DNA of 64,000 nucleotides from Malacoraja senta (Eukaryota): assembly GCA_038087875.1 (NCBI GenBank), contig CM075997.1, forward strand, positions 5,954,001 to 6,018,000, in the 5' to 3' direction. The number at the start of each line of letters is the position of its first letter. Position 1 is the stretch's first letter. Of this stretch, positions 14,104 to 25,589 are shown one piece after another. The position numbers and the translations under genes were made by a program. The notes below the pieces were generated by a model. The model did not search any database, was not told the origin of the DNA, and saw only the letters and a program-made list of their open reading frames with translations.

Positions 14104-14357
14104 CTGTATTGAAAGGTCAAATTAGTAACTTTGGTTCTTATTTGATCCTTATCACGATTCACCCCCGTAGCTTCAAAAAATTCTTCAGCTATCTTTTCAT
14201 ATACTTTAGCATTTCTCTTGGCTGTTCGAAGGTCTGATAAATACTCGTTCCAGATACGTATTAGAACACTTGTTTCAACCTCAGTCCAGTTACTTGATCG
14301 TTTTGGTTTGTCGATCTGAGCAGCTGAACTACTGCTGCCACTGTTACAAGCTGCCAT
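14104..14357 (-). CDS. MSANTD1-like Myb/SANT DNA-binding protein, coding exon 1 (nested antisense in RYR1 intron)
   Basis: aaaATGG start; MAAC...NWTEVETSVLIRIWNEY...KRNAKVYEKIA...TNLTFQYR; donor CAG|gtaagc, phase 2; 254 bp. KRNAKVYEK and TN.TFQYRKLK recall MSANTD1. Confidence 0.9.
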
Positions 14358-14387
14358 TTTGGAAATACATCAGTATATCGTGAGAAG

Positions 14388-14773
14388 AAGCTTTAAACAT
14401 CTTATCTCAGAGTTCATGACTGATGACTAATTGAAAAGCTTTTAAATTCTGGCAAGCATTTCTAAAACCCTTTTAGGAAACATTCAAAAGGTTTTAGATA
14501 AAAGGGTTGATGATGGATGACTAACACAAGTTCTTTCAAGTGAAAGCTTTTGGATGAAAGCTTCTAGAATGTAACGTCTGACAAGGGTACAGGATTTTGG
14601 TATTCTGTGCTGTATTTAAATACTTAAAGCTTTTTCAGCTGGTGCCTGTTAGCTCTTGCAGAAAAGTGGCGGTTGCTAGGGTAACATTGTATCAATGGTG
14701 ATGCTACATTGCTTAAAAGTTTTTAATTGGTTCCCTTTGTGAAATGAAGGTTGCTCTTAAATTGTAAAAGCTT
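14388..14773. repeat. Cluster of AAGCTT palindromic motifs
   Basis: Exact AAGCTT at 14388, 14436, 14544, 14558, 14627, 14768, plus variants AAAAGGTTTT and AAAAGTTTTT. Confidence 0.7.
14672..14685. promoter_or_regulatory. RFX X-box-like element upstream of the MSANTD1-like ATG
   Basis: GTTGCTAGGGTAAC fits the imperfect palindromic RFX consensus; ~315 bp upstream of the ATG; CCAAT (- strand) near 14728 and 14794, CACGTG near 14855. Confidence 0.5.
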
Positions 14774-15184
14774 TCAACTGAAACCACTGAATTGGCCATC
14801 TGTCAGAGTGTAATCGATGTAATTAAGAGATGAAATCCTGAAATGCGTTTATTCCACGTGACTAGTTACATTGTCTTTGATTTCAGTCTTATCAATGGAA
14901 AAATATCATAATTAAATTTCAGAAAATACTTGACATGGTAGAATCTGGAGATACACTATCATACTTAAAATCCCCCATGTATGACGCGAGTGTCAATTGC
15001 ACTACATTTTAGTCACACAGACATGTAGTTGTGTTTGTGAATTGCTGTAAAAAAAAATTATATGTGTTTTGGATTTGCACAATTTACATCTGGCACTAAT
15101 ATAATGTTGTTCACCATCCGAGGACAGACCAAATACTTTAGGTAATAAAATACTGTAAAGATAGCAGCTAGTTTGAACACATTA

Positions 15185-15275
15185 AGCTTCCACAAATAAC
15201 AGTGACAATGATGTTGTTTGAGAGATAATTATCAATCAGGGCACAGGGGAGTATTCATTTTCTCTCGACTGAAGC
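15185..15275 (-). mobile_element. Degenerate Deu-domain SINE (SacSINE1/AmnSINE1-like) remnant
   Basis: GATGTTGTTTGAGAGATAATTATCAATCAGGGCACAGGGGAG resembles the reverse complement of the remembered Deu-domain core. Confidence 0.4.
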
Positions 15276-16474
15276 ACAGGAAACCCTTGTTATAACGGAA
15301 TATGGGGGGGGGGGGGGGGAATGGTGTCCATTATTGACAATTGTCTGCTATAACCGAATAAGTATCATTGTATAAGTAGTAGAAACAAAGATCTGCAGAT
15401 GCTGGTTAACACATAAAATGACACAAAGTGCACAGTAGATCAGGCAGCGTCACCAGAAATCATGGATATGTGACGTCTTGACAAGACCATACTTCAGACT
15501 GTCAGTCTGGATCTGGGCCTGAAATCCAGGTGAGATGATGGCCCCAGCCTACTGGTGGCTGGGGGAGGAGCGAGGATCAGTGGCTCAGATTAACTACCCT
15601 CTGGCTAAAGAAGCCGCGCGCCAGCATAGAGCTCCGCACTCCTAAGTCGGCCAGCTCCGCGATGGTGAGTCCACAGGCTCCGCGACTGGAGCCCCAGGTC
15701 GATTCCAGTTGGAGGCCGCCGGCTCCACGATGTTAGGCCCAACGACAACAGAGACTCGACAAGGAAAATGTCGGGTCCCCGTACAGGGAAGGGATTAAAA
15801 CGTTTCCCCCCCCCCTGGCCCCCACATATACACAGCTAAAAATAATTTAAAAACTAAACCAAGACATCCACTTAACAGAACAAAAAGAAAAAAAAGAGAC
15901 TGCCATACAGTCATCATACTAATAAAAAGCAACAGAACACACAAAATACATTTTAACATGAACATCCACCACAGTGACTCCTCCACATTCCTCACTGTGA
16001 TGGAAGATGAAAAAAAAGTTCAATCTCTTCCCTTCATTGTCCTCCCACGGTCGGGGGCCTCGAGCCTTCTGTTAATGGGACGATCTTACTCCCGTAGCCG
16101 GTGGCGGGCCCTCCTCATCGGGGCGATCAAGCTCCTGCATCGGGGAAATCTCAACTCCCCCGCGCCAGCGATCGGACTCCGGGTCAGGGCAAGTTGAACA
16201 TCTTGCGGTTTTGGAGCTCCCGAGTCTGCGAACCCTTGATGTTAAAGCCCGCAGGCAAGGAATCGGCTCCAATGTAAGTCTACGCCCCGCAGTGGGGCTC
16301 AAAGTCAGTCCCGAGCAAGGCCTCCAGCTCCACGATATTAGGCCGCAGAGCGACCGGAGATACGACCCCGAAAACAATCACACCACCGGCTAGGTAAGAG
16401 ATTGAAAAAAAAATCACCCCCCACATAAAACAAACCAGAGATCATTAACACAAACTTTTAAAATGCACTAACAT

Positions 16475-18820
16475 TGAATTTGCCTTCTTTACTACCAATT
16501 CGACTTGCAAATTAACTTTTTGGGAGTCCTGCACCAGCACTCCCAAGTCCCTTTGCACCTCCGATTTCTGGATTCTCTCTCCATTTAGAGAATAATCTAC
16601 GCCTTTATTCTAATTACCAAAATGCTGACTCCGCACTTTGCTATGCTGAATTTCATCTGCCACTTATCTGCCCACTCTCCGAGTCAGTCCAATCCTTCTG
16701 CAGAGTCCTTGCTTCCTCTACACTGCCTGCCCCTTCACCTATCTTAGCATCATCTGCAAACTTGGCCACAAAGCCTTCGATCCCCTTATTCAAATCATTA
16801 ATATACAATGTGAAGAGAAGCGGCCCCAGCACTGATCCTTGTGGAACTCCACTAGTCACAGGCAGCCAACCTGAAACAGAGCCTTTCATTACAACTCTTC
16901 GTCTTCTGCCATCGTGCCAACCCATTATCCATGCTACTTGAATACCATGGGCTCTCATCATCCCTAGCAACCTGACGTGCGGAACCTTATCGAAGGCCTT
17001 CCGAAAATCTAGGTAAACAACATCATCAACCTCCTCTCTGTCTGTCCTGCTATTAACATAGATTCATAGAGTGATACAGTGTGGAAACAGGCCCCTCGGC
17101 CCAACTTGCCCACACCGGCCAACATGTCCCAGCCACACTAGCCCCACCTGCCTGTGTTTGGTCTATATCCTTCCAAACTTGTCCTATCATGTACCTGTCT
17201 AACTGTTTCTTAAATGTTGAGGACATTCCAGGCCACAACTACCTCCTCTGGCAGCTTGTTCCATACACCCATCACCCTTTGTGTGAAAAAGTTACCCCTT
17301 TTCCCCTTCACCATGAAACAGTGTCCTCTGGTCCTCGATTCCTCTGGGCAAGAGATTCTGTGCATCTACTCTTATTCCTCTCATGATTTTATATTCTATA
17401 AGATCACCCCTCATCCTCCTGCACTCCAAGGACTAGAGACACAGCCTACTCAACCTCTCCCTATAGCTCAGACCCTCTAGCCCTGGCAACATCCTCATAA
17501 ATCTTCTCTGAACTCTTTCAAGCTTGACAATATCTTTCTATAACATGGTGCCTAGAACTGAACACAATACTCTAAATACGGTCTCACCAACGTCTTATAT
17601 GACTGCAACATGACCTCCCAACTTATATATTAATACTCTGACTGATGAAGGCCAATGTGCCAAAAGCCTTTATGACCACCTTATCTACCTGTGACTCGAC
17701 CTTCTAAGAATAATGCACCTTTACTCCAAGATCCCTCTGCTCTACAACACTCCCCAGAGGCCTACCATTCACTGTGTAGGTCCTGCCCTTGTTAGACATC
17801 CCAAAATGCAACACCTCTCATTACCCTGTATTAAATTCCATCAACCATTCCTCCGCCCACCTGCCCAATCGATCCAGATCCTGCTGCAATCTTTCACAAC
17901 CATCTTCACTATCTGCAAAACCACCCACTTTTCTATCATCAGCCAGCTTGCTAATCTTGCCCTGTATGTTCTCATCCAAATCATTGATGTAGATGACAAA
18001 CAGTAACGCGCCCAGCATCTAACCCTGATGCATACCACTAGTCACAGGCCTCCAGTCCGAGAAGCAACCTTCCACCTCTTCCTCAAGATCTCCGGGCAAG
18101 ATCTTCCCTTCACAAAACCTTGCTGACTTCAGCCTATTTTATTGTGAACTTCCAAGTACTGCGTATCTTCATCCTTTATAATTGACTCTAAAATCTTACC
18201 AACCACTAAAGTCAGGCTAACCGGCCTGTAGTTTCCGCTCTTCTGCTTTGCTCCCTTCTTATACAGCGGGGTGATATTCGTAAATTTCCAATCTTCAGGA
18301 AATACTCCTAACTCTAGTGATTCTTGAAACATCACAACTAATGCCTCCACAATTTCTGAGGCCGCCTCCTTCAGAACCCTCGGGTGTAGTCCATCCGGTC
18401 CAATGTCCATTCTTGCCTCTTGCCTATATATCCGTAGACACTCTTGCTATCCTCTTTTATATTATTGTCTAGCTTACATTCTTACTTCTTCTTTTCTCCC
18501 CGTATTGTCCTTTTAGTTACCTTTTGTTGTTCTTTAAAAACATCCCAATCCTCTGGCTTCCCACTAATCTGCAATGTTATATGCCTTCTCTTTTGCTTTT
18601 ATGTTGTCCTTGACCTCCCTTGTTAGCCATGGTCGTCTTATTCTCCCCCTGGAATCTTTCTTCCTCTTTGCAATGAAATGATCCTGCACCTTCTGAATTA
18701 TCCGCAGAAATTCCTGCCATTGCTGCTCTACCGTCATTCCTACTAAAGCCCCTTTCCAGTCAATCTTCGCTAGTGCCTCGGTAGTCACCTTTGCTCATCT
18801 GTAATACCAACACATCCGAT
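16475..18820 (-). mobile_element. CR1 fragment with a second CR1 subfamily nested at ~17057-18075
   Basis: [35 protein letters not shown] fragments; internal CATAGA tail at ~17057. Confidence 0.85.
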
Positions 18821-19995
18821 TACTTGCAGCAGCACAACAGATATGTAACCATTGTACACAGTAGTCAACATAAAAACAACAAAAAGTAGTTCAATATATA
18901 AAAACAAATAATATTGTGCAAAGACAAAAACAATGTCCTCAAGTCCTTCGTGCAATCAAGGCAGTTTTTAGTTTGGAGTTCATAATGTTCTGATTGTTGT
19001 TGGGAAGAAACTGCTCCTGAACCTGGATGTTACCGTTTTCATGCTCTTCCCGATGGCAGGAATGAAATGAGACAGTGGCCAGGGTAGTGTGGGTCTTGGA
19101 TGATGCTGGCTGCCTTGTTGAGGCAGTCTTCTTCTGTACATCCCTTCCATGAAGGGAAGATCAGTCCCTTGATGGACTGGGAAGTGTTCACCACTTTTTG
19201 CAATCTTCTTTGTTCCTGGGCATTCAACCGGTCAATATGCCATTCATCTGCAGCAGTTCAAATATTCGTCGACATACCGAATCTCCTCAATCTTTTCGGG
19301 AAGTAGAGATGTTGATGGACATTCTTCATGATTGCATCAATATGCTAGGTTCAGATAGATATTCAAAGCTAAAGTCCCTTTTGGCCTTTTTGATACCTTA
19401 TTGAGGTCATATTTGGACTTGTACAAATGTGCGCTGCCAGACTTGAATGCCCAAGATCTGGTCTTCATAAGATTGTGGACCTCCTAGTTCATCCAAAGCT
19501 TCTGGTTTGGAAACACTCGGATGGTTTTCATGGAACACACTTCGCCACATATTTCCTCATGAAGTCGGTAGCAACTGTGGCGTATTTGTTCAGGTCCATT
19601 ACCGAGCCCATTCTACCGACTCCAAGTAATCCTGGATTGTTCCTCTGGCCATCAAGTGGTCCAATTTCCCAAAGTGAGGGCGTGGGATGGAGAGATAGGC
19701 ATCTCGGATGGTGGAATAGATCGAGGCTGTTTGATCCTCTGGTGCTGCGGGGCACATGCCGGTGGTAGTTTGGGAGTGATTTCTTAAGGTTGGCTTTATT
19801 GAAGTCCCCGGCGACGAAAGAAGTCGGGGTATGCCGTCTGGTATTTGTTGACCATGGCATGCAGCTCCTCCAGAGCTAGATGAACATCTGCCTGGGGTGG
19901 GATGTAGACCACGGTCAATAAGATGGAGGTGAATTCCCTTGGGAGGTAGAAGGAGCAGAATTCACCACCAGATATTCCAGGTGTGGAGAGGAGGA
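18821..19995 (-). mobile_element. Rex1/Babar-like LINE, internally deleted
   Basis: YLPREFTSILLTVVYIPPQAD, VAGDFNKANL (endonuclease); LQKVV...LPSGR C-terminus. Confidence 0.8.
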
Positions 19996-19999
19996 GTTC

Positions 20000-22900
20000 G
20001 ACAGAATTGCTACACCTATGCAATAAACCTAAGACTTTATCATGAGGTTGACGCCAGTGCCTCTCTCTTTCCCAAATGCCTCCGTTCTTTCCATGCTATG
20101 AATGGAGAAACCTTTGAGCTAGAGGGCATTCCTTCTCAGAGGAGTGTTCATATTTTCTTAGGGACATTGTTCAGGATTCATTATTAGATTTTTTTGAAAA
20201 TATGTCCTGTAAGCAATCCACTGATTCTCCTTTCATTCAAATATGCATCACAAATGTTTTTGACATAAAGATGAGTAACTTTGTGCTTTGGGTGAAAAGA
20301 GTCAAATTCATCCCATGATTCAGCATTAAGTTTGATGTAAAAGGGTTATGGAGTCAGCCTGCCTCTTATATGTACTGAGGTAAAGATGGGTATCGTGTTC
20401 CTGTTGAGGATTCTGGTTGGATTTTCCATTCCAGGTAACCAGAACAACGTTTCATAATGTAAAGCTAGTTTAGGTGATCTTGGATATATACGTCCACGTT
20501 TAGCCTTTAACCTCCTTAGGAATTGGCCTGATTTCGAAGAAGCAATCCATCTTATTTTTTTCTGTTTTCCTACAAATCTTTAACTGAGCAAGGGCTATCC
20601 AATCCTTTCAGACAATTGTGCAAATAGAATACTAAATTGTAATGTTAAAAATAAAACAAATGGCAGTATCGGTGGGCCTATTGGTCCTAATTGTTGCTTT
20701 CTAGGAGCATCACATAATGCAATATATGCCTATACCTAGATAGTAATCGTAACAAAATACATCCAATAGTTCTACTTTGTGACACTATAATGTTTTGTCG
20801 ACCTCAGAGGTCTTGGTGTTATATGCAGTTTCTGAATAAGTTGTAATAAAATGGGTAAAAGAATGATAAGGAGCATTGCATTCCCCCGATGTTAGCCATC
20901 TTTCTTCTCCTGTTAAGCCTTTTACAGTACAAAAGGATCATACACATAAGCCATATTGGTTTAAATATAAATGTCAAGGGACTAAACCGAGGTTATATAA
21001 TACTATCATTTGCAGTAAATAACATATAATATAAAGTGCAGTGTATAAAGTCTTAAAAAGCATCTTATATAAAAGGTTACCCATGTCAATATATATAGAA
21101 ACATAGAAACATAGAAAATAGGTGCAGGAGTAGGCCATTCGGCCCTTCGAGCCTGCACCGCCATTCAATATGATCATGGCTGATCATCCAACTCAGTATC
21201 CTGTACCTGCCTTCTCTCCATACCCCCTGATCCCTTTAGCCACAAGGGCCACATCTAACTCCCTCTTAAGTATAGCCAATGAACTGGCCTCAACTACCTT
21301 CTGTGGCAGAGAATTCCACAGATTCACCACTCTCTGTGCGAAAAATGTTTTTCTCCTCTCGGTCCTAAAAGACTTCCCCCTTATCCTTAAACTGTGACCC
21401 CTTGTTCTGGACTTCCCCAACATCGGGAACAATCTTCCTGCATCTAGCCTGTCCAACCTCTTAAGAATTTTGTAAGTTTCTATAAGATGCCCCCTCAATC
21501 TTCTAAATTCTAGCGAGTTTAATCCGAGTCTATCCAGTCTTTCTTCATATGAAAGTCCTGCCATCCCAGGAATCAGTCTGGTGAACCTTCTCTGTACTCC
21601 CTCTATGGCAAGAATGTCTTTCCTCAGATTAGGAGACCAAAACTGTACGCAATACTCCAGGTGTGGTCTCACCGAGACCCTGTATAACTGCAGTAGAACC
21701 TCCCTGCTCTTATACTCAAATCCCTTTGCTATGAATGCTAACATACCATTCGCTTTCTTCACTGCCTGCTGCACCTGCATGCCTACTTTCAATGACTGGT
21801 GTACCATGATACCCAGGTCTCGTTGCAACTCCCCTTTTCCTAATCGGCCACCATTCAGATAATAGTCTACTTTCCTGTTCTTGCCACCAAAGTGGATAAC
21901 CTCACATTTATCCATATTATACTGCATCTGCCATGCATTTGCCCACTCACCCAACCTATCCAAGTCACCTTGCAGCCTCCTAGCATCCTCCTCACAGCTA
22001 ACACTGCCCCCCAGCTTCGTGTCATCTGCAAACTTGGAGATCTTGCATTCAATTCCCTCGTCCAAATCATTAATATATATTGTAAATAGCTGGGGTCCCA
22101 GCATTGAGCCTTGCGGTACCCCACTAGTCACTGCCTGCCATTCTAAAAAGGACCCGTTTAATTCTACTCTTTGCTTCCTGTCCGCTAGCCAGTTCTCTAT
22201 CCACATCAATACTGAACCCCCAATACCGTGTGCTTTAAGTTTGTATACTAATCTCTTATGTGGGACCTTGTCGAAAGCCTTCTGAAAGTCTAGATATAAC
22301 ACATCCACTGGTTCTCCCTTATCCACTCTACTAGTTACATCCTCGAAAAATTCTATAAGATTCGTCAGACATGATTTGCCTTTCGTAAATCCATGCTGAC
22401 TTTGTCCAATGATTTCACCACTTTCCAAATGTGCTGCTATCCCATCTTTAATAACTGACTCTAGCAGTTTTCCCACTACCGATGTTAGACTAACTGGTCT
22501 GTAATTCCCCGTTTTCTCTCTCCCTCCCTTTTTAAAAAGTGGGGTTACATTAGCTACCCTCCAATCCTCAGGAACTACTCCAGAATCTAAAGAGTTTTGA
22601 AAAATTATCACTAATGCATCCACTATTTCTGGGGCTACTTCCTTAAGTACTCTGGGGTGCAGCCTATCTGGCCCTGGGGATTTATATGTATATGTAATAC
22701 CCAAATGGGAGAGTAAAAAATGTTTATTGGCTCACCATTCTGCAAAATTGTGTCATTAGACCGAATATTCGCAATAGACACAATAAAAGACCCCATCAAG
22801 ATGAGACGAAAAACATGCATATTTTTAACCAACAATGATGATCACGAGTAGGAAAAGTATAGGGGCATGGTTGGTTCCTGCTCTTCACTCTTCCAGGGTT

Positions 22901-23051
22901 AAGGACGAGGAACAGACAGAGCCGAGGATGAGACTGTGCATGCCATAGCAGATATATGGGAGGGTATCCATGGTATCCCAGGAGGAATATTGGTTTATCG
23001 GAGTTGGAGGAGTGACCACGTTTATATCAGAAGTAATTAAATTTCAGTCCT
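20000..23051 (-). pseudogene. Probable foamy virus accessory-gene region (interrupted by CR1 21095-22685)
   Basis: Non-repetitive sequence directly 3' of env with broken reading frames and a duplicate of the env-end segment at 20816-20876; no recognisable homology; boundary approximate. Confidence 0.45.
21095..22685 (-). mobile_element. Young 5'-truncated CR1 LINE with open RT frame
   Basis: 503-aa ORF with NYRPVSLTS, LDFQKAFDKV, GVPQGS, KFADD; (CATAGAAA)n tail at ~21095-21116. Confidence 0.96.
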
Positions 23052-23361
23052 TCAAAGCTTTAACGCGTCAACAGGTTTTAGTGTTATATGCAGTTTCTGG
23101 AAAGGTCGCAACAAAATGGGTAAACAAATGATAAGGAGCATATTAAAACAATATTTTCTATGGCTGCAGGGATTATCCATTGGAAGACTCCACATAAGTC
23201 ACAGATCCAATTTAAGGTAGTGCTAAACCACCAAGAGACTGTGTTTGTCACTGCAGAGGTCAAGCAAGCTGCAGCTGGAAATGTATTTGCAATCGTCACA
23301 CCTAGAGCATTAAGCCAGTCTGACTTGATATGGGTCTGCAAGAAAATTTGTCAAAGGAGGT
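23052..23361 (-). pseudogene. Endogenous foamy virus env remnant, piece 3 (membrane-proximal region, anchor, tail)
   Basis: SDWLNALGVTIANTFPAAACLTSAVTNTVS versus foamy PAWIQQLAAATKDVWPAAASALQGIGNFLS; then hydrophobic MLLIICLPILL and a short basic tail. Confidence 0.85.
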
Positions 23362-23632
23362 AGACACAAGGAACTGCAAATGCTGGTTTACAAAAAATGA
23401 TACAAAGCTGGAGTAATGGGTTAGGCAGCATCTCTGCTGAACATGGATAGGCCACGCTTTGGCGACCAGAATAAGATTTCATAATGTATGGGTAGTTTGA
23501 TTTATTATTTTCATCTTTACAGAGGTACAATGAAAAGCTTTTGTTGTGTGTTATCTAGTCAAAGAAAAGACTATACATGATTACAATCAAGCCGTATGCC
23601 GTGTATAGATAAAGGGCACAAAATGAAGTTGG

Positions 23633-25500
23633 GTTTTTTTAAATAATATTTTTATTAGAGGCCAGTACATATCATATTGAAAACATTTCATGTATTTCAT
23701 TTCTACATTACTAATATTATCAAACGTTATTCGTGTTCCCTCCAATAGTTTTTTTTAAAAATATAGATAGAAAATAAGAAAGTAGCAGAAAGAAGGAAAA
23801 GAAAAAAAAGGGATAATAAAGAATAATGGAATAACTTACTAAAAGTACATCATTAAAGATATATTCGTACATTTCAGTATAACTTTTCATCTAATCCTTA
23901 GCTCGAGTTTTAATCAGGTTCTCGTGTCGAACCAGTCTGACCCTTCAAATAGTCAATAAATGGAGACCATGTTCTGATAAATAATTCTTGTTTGTCCATT
24001 AGGACAAGTCTAATTCTTTCGAAATGTAAGGTCTCCGACATTTCCATAATCCACATTTTAATTGTGGGGGTTTTAGGACCTTTCCAAAATGTTGGTATTA
24101 ATTTTTTTCCAGTTATTATACTATAATAACTGGAAAAACGAGCGTGTGGGGGGTTACAATTTAAGAGGAATATTTAACTTTAAGAAACAAAAAGTCCGTA
24201 CGACTAGAAAAACCTTTTGTATTTCGGTTTGTGGAGTAGGAGTGTGGAATAAATTGAACGGGGAATTGAAGCAATGCACAAACATGAATCATTTTAAAAT
24301 GATATATAAAAAAATAATGCTCAAGGGGTACAGGGATGGAGGGGATGGTTGACAAGTGGGGGTTGATGTTTATCTTGTTTACAATCGTTGATGTTTATCT
24401 TGTTACTATTGTTGATGTTTATCTTGTTTACTATTGTTCACTGATGTTGGGTACTTCAAATATGAAGATTGTATGTACATAATAGTTGTATGTATATATG
24501 TATATATGTGTCTGTAGGTATTATGGGAAATTGCCTAGGGCAGTACTATTATTAGTAAGGAATTGATTTTTAAATACGATAGAAGTGTTGGGGAAAAGGG
24601 GTGAGATTTAATAAGTTATTCTTCTTCTCACTCCTTTTCGAGCTTGTACAGACTCTGAGTTGGACATTGGAACCTTGATTTTGTTCTTCTCATTTGTAAA
24701 TGTTGATTGCAATGTTCAATTGTTTGATAATTTCGATTTTGTTAATAACAATGTCTTTAATGTCTTTACTTGTTCGGAATAAATAAATAAATAAATAAAT
24801 AACCAATAAAGTTTCTTTGCGTTGTTGTAAATGTTTGATTTTGTTCTAATATTCCTAGTATTATTAATTTTGAATCAGGATCCAATTGAGTGTTGACAAC
24901 TATAGATATTATTCTAAAAATGTTTGCCCAGAATTTTTTAATTTTTATACATTTCGTAAATGTATGTTAGGTTAGCATCTAAATGTTGACATTTATCACA
25001 AATAGGGGAGATGTGTGGGAAGATTTTATTTAGTTTTGTTTTAGAATAATGTAATCTATGTAGTACTTTGAATTGTATTAGAGAGTGTCTGGCATTTAAT
25101 GAACATTAATATATATGTTGTAAACTTTCTTCCCAAGTATCTTTCGTTATTGTTTGATTTGGTTCCCTTTCCCATGTTTGCCTATATAAATCCGTCGATG
25201 GTATCTCACTATCTAATAAGGTGTTATATATGTGAGATATTAATTTTTCTGTATTAGGGTGTTTATTCAAACAGTCATCAAGGATTTCTGAATCTCTAGT
25301 TCTAAAGTTTTGAGTATTTGCTTTTACAAAATCTCTAAGTTGTTGATATCTGAAAAAATAATTTAAGTGGAGTCCATAAGTCTGTTGTAGCTCCTGAAAT
25401 GAAAGAAATGTGCCTTTCTTATAAAGTTGTCCCATCATTTTAATTCCATAATTTTTCCATTGTATGAAACCTTTATCTAACCTCAAAATGAAGTTTAATT
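23633..25500 (-). mobile_element. L1-clade LINE 3' fragment
   Basis: ORF 25106-25555 (WKNYGIK...LSFQELQQTYGL...FFRYQQLRDF) plus a C-terminal CCHC-region remnant; T-rich tail at ~23633-23655. Confidence 0.8.
24139..24802 (+). mobile_element. L2/Crack-like LINE 3' end nested in L1
   Basis: YNLRG...RTTRKTFCISVCGVGVWNKL...FK C-terminal motif, long 3'UTR, (TAAA)n tail 24780-24802. Confidence 0.7.
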
Positions 25501-25589
25501 CAAGATCGGTCACAAAATGTGCCTGTCCATGTTCTCCAGAAATGCTGCTTCCCAACCCACTGAGTTACTCCAGCACATTTTGTCTTTTG

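Larger units (their letters stand above)
23362..25589. mobile_element. Composite insertion into foamy env: Penelope-derived palindromic repeat hosting L1 and other LINE fragments
   Basis: Flanked by a perfect 9-bp TSD AAAGGAGGT (23353-23361, 25590-25598); ends AGACACAAGGAACTGC...CACATTTTGTCT. Confidence 0.75.

Noticed and set aside
6835..15300. MSANTD1-like gene as part of an autonomous Harbinger transposon
   Set aside because: No DDE transposase ORF or enclosing TIR pair found; multi-kb introns full of old repeats indicate a long-resident host gene
14400..15300. Promoter of the nested gene as the foamy 3' LTR
   Set aside because: Shares only short AAAAGCTTTT-like words with 30660-30780; no alignable LTR-length similarity seen
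15303..15319. Poly-G run (also 58645-58662) as a G-quadruplex element
   Set aside because: Homopolymers within repeats, length prone to error, no independent support
15530..16470. GC-rich segment with small ORFs as a CpG-island gene
   Set aside because: Internally repeated units (CTCCACGAT(G/A)TTAGGCC; AAAGAGATT...CCCCCACAT) suggest an unclassified interspersed repeat; no credible protein
21581..22285. + strand ORFs overlapping CR1 (also 43728-44741, 45180-45638)
   Set aside because: Antisense shadows of CR1 ORF2
24361..24435. Short tandem repeats (TTGATGTTTATCTTGTT x3; also 40670-40732, 46553-46640) as CRISPR-like arrays
   Set aside because: No unique spacers, eukaryotic context; simple slippage duplications
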